Source: Erysipelothrix inopinata
Lineage (GTDB): Bacteria > Bacillota_I > Bacilli_A > Erysipelotrichales > Erysipelotrichaceae
Reading direction: 5' to 3'
Assembly: GCF_014396165.1 (NCBI RefSeq)
Contig: NZ_CP060715.1
Coordinates: forward strand, 1,710,001-1,742,000
DNA length: 32,000 bases
The position numbers and the translations under genes are program-made. Positions 24,691 through 32,000 of the stretch are shown here, one piece after another; position 1 is the stretch's first letter, and every line of letters begins with the position of its first letter. The notes under the pieces were generated by a model. It saw only the letters and a list, made by a program, of their open reading frames with translations. It was not told where the DNA came from and ran no database searches.

Positions 24691-25617
24691 TTAGTTTTGA
24701 CTGATTTCTGCGAGCTTCGCAATGATTTCTTGAACTTCTTCAAATGAAATATCACCGATACCACAAGCAAGACGGTGTCCTCCACCGCGATATTCGTTAG
24801 CTAGATCACTGACTGTAGCAGATCGTGAACGAAGTGATGCTGTATAGCGACCATCTTCCTTCTCAGCAAAGATTGCCCAGATAGCAAACTCTTCAATGCC
24901 ACTCATCATATTAACTTGATCTTTTGCACCACGGTCAGTGATGCCAAGCGAATCCTGAGTTTTTTTATCGACAATAGCATAAGCAAAAGCATTATTCCAT
25001 TGTACGAGGTTTTGTAATGTGCGACGCACTTCAAAGAATGTTAGTGATCTGTTAAATATTTTCGCATTCAACTCACTAATATTCGCACCATTTTCAAGTA
25101 AGAAGGCTGCTGACATTAGTGTTTGAGCTGAAGTATTTTCAATTGAGAATCGAATTGTATCTGTTAAAATACCTGATAATGTTGTATTCGCAATCTCATC
25201 ATTCATTTTCAAATCACATGCTTTGAAGATATCTGCAACGATTTCACAGGCACTTCCGCGTGTTGTATCGACAATTTGTAAATCTCCATATTGATCAACT
25301 TCGAGATGATGATCAATCTTAATGATTTTTTCTGCTTTTAAGTATGTATCTGAATCGATACGATCTTGGTTTGCTGTGTCAATAACGATAGCGAGGAAAA
25401 CATCTGCTAGTTCAGGATTTTCCATTTTGTCATAAATTTTAAATCCATGATCATCTTGTCCAAAAGTATGTACGTGCTTATTAGGATAATTATAGCGCAA
25501 CCACTTTGTCATCCCAAGTTGTGAACCCAGTGCATCACCATCCGGATTGGTGTGACGATACACATAGATTGTGTCGTAAGCTTCTACAAGATTTAAGAAT
25601 TCTTGCGTATTATACAT
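24691..25617 (-). CDS. nrnA: DHH/DHHA1 bifunctional oligoribonuclease / pAp phosphatase NrnA
   Basis: DHH motifs HTNPDGDALGS, VIDTAN, KIDHHLE and DHHA1 GGGHRLACG. ATG 25617 (MYNTQEFLNLVEAYDTIYVYRH) matches the family N-terminus. The track start at 25644 is a TTG inside ackA. 8-nt overlap with ackA. Confidence 0.9.
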   Translation of the reverse strand: MYNTQEFLNLVEAYDTIYVYRHTNPDGDALGSQLGMTKWLRYNYPNKHVHTFGQDDHGFKIYDKMENPELADVFLAIVIDTANQDRIDSDTYLKAEKIIKIDHHLEVDQYGDLQIVDTTRGSACEIVADIFKACDLKMNDEIANTTLSGILTDTIRFSIENTSAQTLMSAAFLLENGANISELNAKIFNRSLTFFEVRRTLQNLVQWNNAFAYAIVDKKTQDSLGITDRGAKDQVNMMSGIEEFAIWAIFAEKEDGRYTASLRSRSATVSDLANEYRGGGHRLACGIGDISFEEVQEIIAKLAEISQN

Positions 25618-26806
25618 TGTGGATTTCGTATGAATCGGTTGCAATCATAAGTTCTTCATTTGTAGGAACAATCCAAACATCTACTTTTGAATCATCAAGG
25701 CTGATTTTCACTTCATCGCCATGAACGGAATCGTTAAGAGCTTTATCATATGTAATTCCCATTCCTTCTGAGATTACTTCTAAAATCGCTTCACGTGTTC
25801 CATTATCATTTTCACCCAGTCCAGCTGTAAATACAATTGCATCTACACGACCAAGTTGTAATGCGTAAGCACCAACATATTGAAGAACGCGTTGTGCATA
25901 CATTTTACGAGTTAAAATTGCACGAGGATTTCCTGCTTCAATACCTGCTTCAATATCACGAGCATCACTTGATAATCCGGAAATTCCTGCCATTCCTGAT
26001 TTCTTATTAAAGATATCAAGAACTTCTTCAGCTGTAATATCTAATTTACGCATTAAGTAAGTAACGATTGCTGGATCTAAATCACCCGTACGTGTACCCA
26101 TCATGACACCCGCAAGTGGTGTGAATCCCATTGAAGTATTGACACATTTACCATCTTTAACTGCTGAAATTGATGCACCGTTTCCTAAGTGAAGTGTAAT
26201 TACGTTTGTACCTTCATTAGTGCGTCCCATTAACTCAGCAACACGGTGTGATACATATTCGTGTGAAACACCATGTGCTCCATAACGACGAACTTGTAAG
26301 TCTGTATAATATTCGTAAGGAAGAGCATACATGTATATTTCTTGTGCCATTGTTTGATGGAATGCTGTATCAAATGTGAATGTATGTGTAGCATTTGGTA
26401 ATGCTTCTTTAAATGCACGGTAACCTATAAGGTTTGCTGGGTTGTGAAGCGGTGCTAAGTCAGCAAGTTCTTCAACTTTTGAAATTGAATCTTCATCACA
26501 GATTACAGATCCTTGGAAGTATTCTCCACCATGTACAACTCGGTGTCCTGCGGCTACGATATCTTGTAAATTTGCAACGATATTCTTTTCAACAAGTCCT
26601 TTAAGAACTAAGTCGGCTGCGACAGAATGATTCGGAATATCAAGAATTTCTGTATCTTTCTTTCCGTCATATTTGAAAGTGATAACACCATCATTTAAAC
26701 CAATACGTTCAACGATACCACTTACTAAAACCTCAGCATGAGGCATTTCTAACAATTGAAACTTAAGGGAACTACTTCCCGCATTAACTGCCAATACTTT
26801 ATCCAT
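25610..26806 (-). CDS. ackA: Acetate kinase
   Basis: 398 aa. MDKVLAVNAGSSSLKFQL, GHRVVHGG, RYGAHGVSH, FTAGLGEND. SD AAGGAGAA lies in the end of ylxM. Confidence 0.97.
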   Translation of the reverse strand: MDKVLAVNAGSSSLKFQLLEMPHAEVLVSGIVERIGLNDGVITFKYDGKKDTEILDIPNHSVAADLVLKGLVEKNIVANLQDIVAAGHRVVHGGEYFQGSVICDEDSISKVEELADLAPLHNPANLIGYRAFKEALPNATHTFTFDTAFHQTMAQEIYMYALPYEYYTDLQVRRYGAHGVSHEYVSHRVAELMGRTNEGTNVITLHLGNGASISAVKDGKCVNTSMGFTPLAGVMMGTRTGDLDPAIVTYLMRKLDITAEEVLDIFNKKSGMAGISGLSSDARDIEAGIEAGNPRAILTRKMYAQRVLQYVGAYALQLGRVDAIVFTAGLGENDNGTREAILEVISEGMGITYDKALNDSVHGDEVKISLDDSKVDVWIVPTNEELMIATDSYEIHNV

Positions 26807-26810
26807 TATT

Positions 26811-27122
26811 CTATTCTCCTTTTTTTATGAATTCATCAAGTATTTGATTCACTCTTGAATCATTTAATTCACTTAACTTATTAAACAATGTTTGATATCG
26901 CGTTGCAACCCCAAGTTTTTTTTCATAATCTTCAAGAAGATTACTGGTACGATTTAAATTATCATACACGGCTGCACGAGATATTTCCTGAATATCTGCA
27001 ATTTCTTGGTAGGACAGATCTTCATGATAATACATACGAAATACTTCTTTTTGTTTTTGAGTTAGAAGTGGTTCATAATAATCAAACAGTTGATTTAATA
27101 ATATTGCTTTCTCAAAGCTCAT
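26811..27122 (-). CDS. ylxM: UPF0122 / YlxM family putative HTH protein (SRP-operon associated)
   Basis: MSFEKAILLNQLFDYYEPLLTQKQKEVFRMYYHEDLSYQEIADIQEISRAAVYDNLNRT aligns by eye with B. subtilis YlxM. ATG 27122 is preferred over the track's TTG 27161. It overlaps the ftsY end by 11 nt. Confidence 0.85.
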   Translation of the reverse strand: MSFEKAILLNQLFDYYEPLLTQKQKEVFRMYYHEDLSYQEIADIQEISRAAVYDNLNRTSNLLEDYEKKLGVATRYQTLFNKLSELNDSRVNQILDEFIKKGE

Positions 27123-28065
27123 GGTTATATACCAATTGGTACAGATATGCTTGGATATCAAAAGGTCTTAAATCATTAACCTTTTCACCCAAACCAATAT
27201 GACTCACTTTTAAACCAAGTTCATCTTTAATGCTTAATAAGACGCCACCTTTTGGCGAACCATCCAATTTTGTCACAATTAATGAATCAACCGGAGTGAC
27301 TTCCGTGAAGACACGTGCTTGGCTGAGTCCATTTTGACCAGTATTTCCATCAATCACTAAATATGTATGGTCAATACTTCCCGCCTCACGTTCAAGAACT
27401 CGTTTCATTTTTTCAAGTTCTTTCATCAAGTTTACTTTATTTTGAAGACGACCTGCACTATCACAAATCATGACGTCAAAGTTACCTTCTTTTGCATAAC
27501 GAGCTGCATCAACATAAACGGATGCAGGATCGGCATTTTCTTTACCACCTACAAAATCCACACCGATTTCATCAGCCCAGACCTGCAACTGGCTACTCCC
27601 TGCTGCTCTGAAGGTGTCGCCACCAACTAGTAGGACCTTCTTACCATCTTGGTGGTATTGCGCAGCAAGTTTAGCGCATGTTGTAGTTTTACCAGAACCA
27701 TTAACACCCACTACAAGAATTGTGTTCAAGCGGCCTGGCTCAACCTCATATGGAGCAACATCGTCACCGTATTGTTCTAATATGATTTCAACGAGCAGTT
27801 CAAGTGATTCCTCTTGTGTCATATTAGATTTAACTTTCTTACGGAAAGCCTTAATAATTTTTTGCGCACTTTTTAAAGAAACATCCGATTGGATTAATAC
27901 TGCTAAGAGATGGTCATACCAAGCATCATCAAACTTAGGTTTACCCATAAACATTTCTTTTAGTTTGTTTCCAAAGGTTGCTTTTGTCGGTTCGAGACCC
28001 GTTGTGTATAATTCTTGATCTTCCTTGTTAGAGAAAGATTTTTTTAATTTATCAAAAAATCCCAT
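27112..28065 (-). CDS. ftsY: Signal recognition particle receptor FtsY
   Basis: 317 aa. Short N-terminus plus NG domain: GVNGSGKTTT, DSAGRLQN, VTKLDGSPKGG. TAATG junction with smc. Confidence 0.95.
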   Translation of the reverse strand: MGFFDKLKKSFSNKEDQELYTTGLEPTKATFGNKLKEMFMGKPKFDDAWYDHLLAVLIQSDVSLKSAQKIIKAFRKKVKSNMTQEESLELLVEIILEQYGDDVAPYEVEPGRLNTILVVGVNGSGKTTTCAKLAAQYHQDGKKVLLVGGDTFRAAGSSQLQVWADEIGVDFVGGKENADPASVYVDAARYAKEGNFDVMICDSAGRLQNKVNLMKELEKMKRVLEREAGSIDHTYLVIDGNTGQNGLSQARVFTEVTPVDSLIVTKLDGSPKGGVLLSIKDELGLKVSHIGLGEKVNDLRPFDIQAYLYQLVYNHEL

Positions 28066-30995
28066 TAAGCTTCCTCCTTGTCTTTCAATTCAATCGCTTC
28101 ATCTAATTTAACGCGTAACATTGATGAAACACCTTTATTAGGCATGGTAACACCGTAGAGCACATCACACTGTGACATGGTTCCAGGACGGTGTGTAATG
28201 ACAATAAACTGTGTGTCATCACTGAAGTTCTTAATATAGTTTGCAAGACGTTCAACGTTTGCTTGGTCCAGAGCAGCCTCAACCTCATCAAAAATACAGA
28301 GCGGAACATGTCTTGCCTTTAGAATGGCAAACAGAACTGAAATTGCAATTAAACTCTTTTCACCACCAGAGAACAATCGAATGTTTTGCACTGATTTTCC
28401 CGGAGGTTGAACATCAATATCAATTCCTGTATTGAGTAGATCATTCTCATCCTCTAACACAAGGCGAGCTTTACCACCACCAAAGAGTGCTCCGAATACT
28501 TCCGGCAATTCTTCGTTGATCCGATCAAACATTTCTTTGAACTGTTTAACCATAATTTGGTCCATGTCTTCAATAACTTGAAGCAACTTATCACGTGCTT
28601 CCACGAGTTCTGCAAGTTGTTTTGATAGGAACTCATAACGTTCGGATGCTTCCTTATATTCTTCAGGAGCCTCCAAGTTAACATTTCCTAAGGCACCAAT
28701 ATCACTACGAAGTTTCATAACTTCTTCACGACTTAATGCGGAATCTTCATCATAGACATTTTCCATCGCATAATCAAAGGTCATTTGATATTCTGATGAT
28801 AAACGTTCTAATCCTGTTTCCATCTTAGTACGTGATTTTGTAATTTCCAGCGATCCTTGATGAAGTTTTTGAGTATATTCGTTTAACTCTGATCGATATT
28901 GACGTAACGACATTTCTTTTCGTTGCACTTCATTACCAAGATTCAAACGCTTTTCTCTCATCAATGAGAGATTCGATGTCAATTCATCACGCTCCATATA
29001 AATGCGGTTTAATTGTGAAACAACATCCTCACCAACACTAACCTCGTCTTCGTGATCGTCCAAATTAAGTTCTTCTAAATCTGCCTTTAAGCGATCGTAT
29101 TTTGCTTTTTTCACATCAAGAAGTGGTTCAAGCTGTGCTAAAGCAATCCGACGTTGCATTAAGACTTCGTTAGAATCTTTAATTTTTGTTTCGAGTTCAT
29201 TACGTTGATTTTCAGCAAGAATTAATTCATCTTTCTTTAAAGTGATTTCTGTTTCAAGCTGAGATTTATCTTTCTTGAGGGTTAGCATCGATTGACCTGA
29301 GCCTTTTGCTTTACCACCAGTCATCGTACCACCACGATGTATCACATCGCCATCGAGTGTCACAATCTTAACTTGGTGATTCAAGCGTTTCGCTAAAGTA
29401 TTTGCTGCCTCAATATTAGAAACCACACATACATTACCTAATAGACTTTTATTTAGAATGTCATAAGCTTCATCATTTTCAACAAAGTCGCTTGCAATAC
29501 CCAAATAACCGTCTACGTGGTTCGCAACCGTTTGTGCATCATCACTGACAAAACGATTTCGACATGAAGTAAGTGGAATAAAAGTTGCACGACCTGAGTA
29601 GTTTTTCTTGAGGAAGTTAATGGCATTAACTGCCGCTTTATCATTCTCAGTAACAACATGCATTAACGAACCCGATAACGCAGTTGAGATTGCAACTTCA
29701 TACCCTTCCTTCGCAAGGAGGACACTTCCAACCACATCATGAATACCAAACAATGAATTCTTGTTATTCATAACGGCTTGGACACCCGCTTGTGATTCAT
29801 AAGGTCTTTCAAGACGATGATTCACTAAATCAAGTCGGTTTTGTGCTTGATTGATATGTGAATGTAGACTGTTGACGCGTTGATTGCGCTCAGCACTCTC
29901 ACGGTTTGCATCATAATTTGATTGAACAAGAAGTTCCACTTCAGCACTCAGTTCATGATGTCGCTTCAAACGATCATCATATTCTGTTTTTGATTCTTGA
30001 AGTTGTGCCCGAAGTTCCATAGCCTTAGCTTGTTGGTCACCAACTTCTAAGGTGTATTTACGACGTTCTTCAATCTCAATTTTTCGTGTTTCAAGATTAC
30101 CAATTTCACGAACCATTTCCATCATTTTTTCTTGATACTTCACGATGTCCTGGTCAATCTTAAAAATAACCGAACGCTTCTCATTTATATCGTGGTCGTA
30201 GACACCAATATTTGTTTCAAGACCTGCAATCTTCGACTCTAAATCATACAAGCCAGATTGTGTTGCTTCGATAGCATCCGAACAAAGTTTGATATCATGA
30301 CACAATACAGAAACCTCAATCGCTTCAAGCATCGCTTTTTTATCACGATAAAGTTCTGCTTTTTTTGCTGCTCTTTTTAAAGAATTAACCTGTCTCGAAA
30401 TTTCATCAACAATATCTTGCATACGATCAACATTTTCTTTCGTTCGTTCGAGTTTGTTGATGGATTCAATTTTACGTTTTTTGTACTTCGAAACACCTGC
30501 AGCTTCTTCAAAAATTACGCGACGCTCAATAGGCTTCGCTTCTGCAAAATAACTAATCGTTCCTTGCGAAATAATCGATAATGAATCACGACCCAATCCT
30601 GTATCCAGAACTAAATCATGAATATCTCTTAAACGACATGGAACTTTATTAATTAAATATTCTGATTCACGTGTGTCTCTATAGAGACGACGTGTAACCT
30701 CAACCTCTTCATATTCAGAGTTTAATGCCTTGTAGGTATTATCAAAAACTAATGTGACTTCGGCCAAATTCACTTTTCTACGCGTTTCAGACCCATTAAA
30801 AATAACATCAGTCATACTGGATCCCCGCATCGATTTGACGGATTGCTCACCCAATACCCAGCGGATAGCATCACTAATGTTACTCTTACCACAACCATTA
30901 GGACCCACGATACCTGTGACGGGATCCTCAAAGTTTATGACAACACGATCAGCAAAGGACTTAAACCCCTGCATTTCAATTTTCTTGAGGAACAT
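28065..30995 (-). CDS. smc: Chromosome partition protein Smc (short-armed, about 976 aa)
   Basis: N-terminal head MFLKKIEMQGFKSF...GPNGCGKSN, hinge around GRATFIPL, C-terminal signature FSGGEKSL and Walker B CIFDEVEAALD. ATG 30995 is preferred over ATG 31007 because Smc proteins typically begin MFLK. Confidence 0.95.
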   Translation of the reverse strand: MFLKKIEMQGFKSFADRVVINFEDPVTGIVGPNGCGKSNISDAIRWVLGEQSVKSMRGSSMTDVIFNGSETRRKVNLAEVTLVFDNTYKALNSEYEEVEVTRRLYRDTRESEYLINKVPCRLRDIHDLVLDTGLGRDSLSIISQGTISYFAEAKPIERRVIFEEAAGVSKYKKRKIESINKLERTKENVDRMQDIVDEISRQVNSLKRAAKKAELYRDKKAMLEAIEVSVLCHDIKLCSDAIEATQSGLYDLESKIAGLETNIGVYDHDINEKRSVIFKIDQDIVKYQEKMMEMVREIGNLETRKIEIEERRKYTLEVGDQQAKAMELRAQLQESKTEYDDRLKRHHELSAEVELLVQSNYDANRESAERNQRVNSLHSHINQAQNRLDLVNHRLERPYESQAGVQAVMNNKNSLFGIHDVVGSVLLAKEGYEVAISTALSGSLMHVVTENDKAAVNAINFLKKNYSGRATFIPLTSCRNRFVSDDAQTVANHVDGYLGIASDFVENDEAYDILNKSLLGNVCVVSNIEAANTLAKRLNHQVKIVTLDGDVIHRGGTMTGGKAKGSGQSMLTLKKDKSQLETEITLKKDELILAENQRNELETKIKDSNEVLMQRRIALAQLEPLLDVKKAKYDRLKADLEELNLDDHEDEVSVGEDVVSQLNRIYMERDELTSNLSLMREKRLNLGNEVQRKEMSLRQYRSELNEYTQKLHQGSLEITKSRTKMETGLERLSSEYQMTFDYAMENVYDEDSALSREEVMKLRSDIGALGNVNLEAPEEYKEASERYEFLSKQLAELVEARDKLLQVIEDMDQIMVKQFKEMFDRINEELPEVFGALFGGGKARLVLEDENDLLNTGIDIDVQPPGKSVQNIRLFSGGEKSLIAISVLFAILKARHVPLCIFDEVEAALDQANVERLANYIKNFSDDTQFIVITHRPGTMSQCDVLYGVTMPNKGVSSMLRVKLDEAIELKDKEEA

Positions 30996-31020
30996 AATAA
31001 CCCCCATTCTTAACTTTAAT

Positions 31021-31049
31021 ATTATATCTTATCTACTGATACATTGAAA
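31021..31049 (-). promoter_or_regulatory. Candidate promoter of the smc operon
   Basis: Minus strand has TTTCAA (31049-31044), a 17-nt spacer and TATAAT (31026-31021), about 25 nt upstream of the smc ATG. The -35 is weak. Confidence 0.35.
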
Positions 31050-31251
31050 GTTTTAATCTTGCTTTATCCACTGTTTGAACACTTTTTAGTAGAGAAACAG
31101 ACTTTTAGATTCACTTTTTTTCTAATTTAGAGGCATAAAACCCTAATTTTCGTTCAATTAACCGCTTTATCAAAAATATTTTGTATGCGCTAACAATCCA
31201 CTCCTGACTGAGTATAATGATCATTGACAACTTACCTTCTGAGTTAGGTTG

Positions 31252-31280
31252 TTGCATTCCTATCATAAACGTGGTAATCT
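31252..31280 (+). promoter_or_regulatory. Candidate promoter of the thioredoxin-fold protein gene
   Basis: TTGCAT (31252-31257), a 17-nt spacer ending in TGg, and TAATCT (31275-31280). AAGGAGG SD at 31294-31300. Confidence 0.4.
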
Positions 31281-31304
31281 ATCCTATGTAAATAAGGAGG
31301 ATTT

Positions 31305-31838
31305 TTGCAAACTATGCGAAAACGAATTGTTTTGATTGCATTCACATCAATAGCAGTTCTCTCACTATTTGTTGTCTTATACGATCAATTTAAACCCAAA
31401 ACGAATGCTTTAGCACGTACAGCGACTACAACCGATAATGTTATCGCAACATCACAATCTTTCAGTGATGTGTCCAACTATTTTAAGACGAATCCCGGAA
31501 CCCATGTTCTCTTCGTTAGAGATTCAAGTTCTGATTCTGATTATGTTGTCGATAATCTCTTATCACCACTCGCTCACGAGCACGACGTTCGACCTACTCC
31601 CAACATTGTGAGTGTCGACATGAGTGAAACTAAAGATTTATCCGTCACACGTTTAAAATCAACACTCGGTATTGAAAAATATCCAGCGTTTGTACTTGTA
31701 ACGACAAATAATGAAAAGAATTCATTTAGCGTTGATTCAGTGATTGAATATGACAAGAAGAAACCTTTCTCAGTCACAGACTTAAGAAAATGGTTCTTCG
31801 ATAATAAATTATGGACTGGACCTTACGGAGACAATTAA
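31305..31838 (+). CDS. Membrane-anchored thioredoxin-fold-like protein lacking any cysteine
   Basis: 177 aa (or 174 aa from ATG 31314). N-terminal TM (IVLIAFTSIAVLSLFVVLY). HVLFVRDSSSDSDYV sits where Trx-fold proteins carry CxxC, and GIEKYPAFVLV resembles the cis-Pro loop. No Cys in the whole protein. The fold assignment is by eye only. Confidence 0.55.
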   Translation: MQTMRKRIVLIAFTSIAVLSLFVVLYDQFKPKTNALARTATTTDNVIATSQSFSDVSNYFKTNPGTHVLFVRDSSSDSDYVVDNLLSPLAHEHDVRPTPNIVSVDMSETKDLSVTRLKSTLGIEKYPAFVLVTTNNEKNSFSVDSVIEYDKKKPFSVTDLRKWFFDNKLWTGPYGDN

Positions 31839-31851
31839 GTCTCCTTTTTTT
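31827..31851 (+). terminator. Rho-independent terminator
   Basis: GGAGAC-AATTAA-GTCTCC followed by TTTTTTT. The loop contains the TAA stop codon. Confidence 0.65.
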
Positions 31852-31869
31852 ATGTCCATGTCCACTTTG

Positions 31870-32000
31870 TTAAAAATCAATGACTAACATGTCATTTTCA
31901 TCAAAACGCCAATCCTTCGAATAAGCAACTTCCCAATAATAACCATCCAAATCTTGGAAATAGCCACTATAACCACCCCATGCAACTTCTTGCGGCTGTT
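31870..32000 (-). CDS. VOC (glyoxalase/bleomycin-resistance) family protein, C-terminal 42 codons (5' part outside window)
   Basis: Hand translation gives ...QPQEVAWGGYSGYFQDLDGYYWEVAYSKDWRFDENDMLVIDF*. The WGGYxGYFxDxDGxxWEVA motif is typical of VOC-family C-termini. Not in the ORF track because it runs off the right edge. Confidence 0.6.
   Translation of the reverse strand, partial: QPQEVAWGGYSGYFQDLDGYYWEVAYSKDWRFDENDMLVIDF

Noticed and set aside
27367-28018. Plus-strand ORFs of 87 and 134 aa antisense to ftsY
   Set aside because: They are low-complexity Ser/Thr/Pro/Cys-rich translations typical of the reverse strand of a real gene. They have no SD, and ftsY on the opposite strand is unambiguous.
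31229-31250. Imperfect palindrome AACTTACCT-tctg-AGTTAGGTT next to a TTGACA hexamer in the smc / Trx-like intergenic region, considered as an operator
   Set aside because: Only 7 Watson-Crick pairs plus 1 wobble out of 9. The TTGACA has no matching -10 at 16-18 nt. This is not distinguishable from chance in AT-rich intergenic DNA.
31305-31838. Annotating the Trx-like protein as a functional thiol-disulfide oxidoreductase
   Set aside because: The protein contains no cysteine, so redox catalysis is impossible. Only a fold-level resemblance is proposed.
1-32000. Scan for CRISPR arrays, tRNA/rRNA genes, riboswitch-like GC-rich structured intergenic regions, and long direct or inverted repeats
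   Set aside because: Intergenic space is minimal. The three larger gaps (12407-12824, 14187-14281, 31008-31304) are AT-rich, with only the promoters, leader and terminators listed above. I saw no repeat-spacer periodicity and no cloverleaf-like segments. A computational scan (tRNAscan-SE, Infernal/Rfam, a CRISPR finder) would be needed to be definitive.

Overview
Low-GC Bacillota (Firmicutes)-type chromosomal segment. It carries both PolC and DnaE, and the Prp protease with an N-terminally extended L27. 29 of 31 called CDS are on the minus strand, and most are housekeeping genes packed with overlapping or near-abutting start/stop codons. Reading the minus strand from right to left: smc-ftsY-ylxM-ackA-nrnA; a five-gene accessory operon; dnaE; a response regulator / histidine kinase / ABC-2 transporter operon; then, after the plus-strand PdaC-like deacetylase gene, rplU-prp-rpmA-obg-ruvA-ruvB-murG-divIB-yloU-fakA(yloV)-recG-rnc-polC. 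polC is missing from the supplied ORF track because it runs off the left edge. The only plus-strand genes are the PdaC-like peptidoglycan deacetylase and a cysteine-free thioredoxin-fold membrane protein. I found no rRNA, tRNA, CRISPR array, transposase or integrase. The one stretch that looks accessory and is not explained by known families is the operon at about 21.67-24.61 kb. It has its own promoter and sits between nrnA and dnaE. It encodes a small Sec-signal protein of unknown family, three dissimilar polytopic membrane proteins and one short ABC ATPase. I read it as a candidate Sec-dependent bacteriocin or envelope-active protein with a dedicated export/immunity transporter, but this rests on architecture alone. 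Several ORF-track starts are upstream non-ATG extensions, and I re-set them where an SD-supported or family-typical start exists. All homology calls come from motif recognition by eye; no searches were run.
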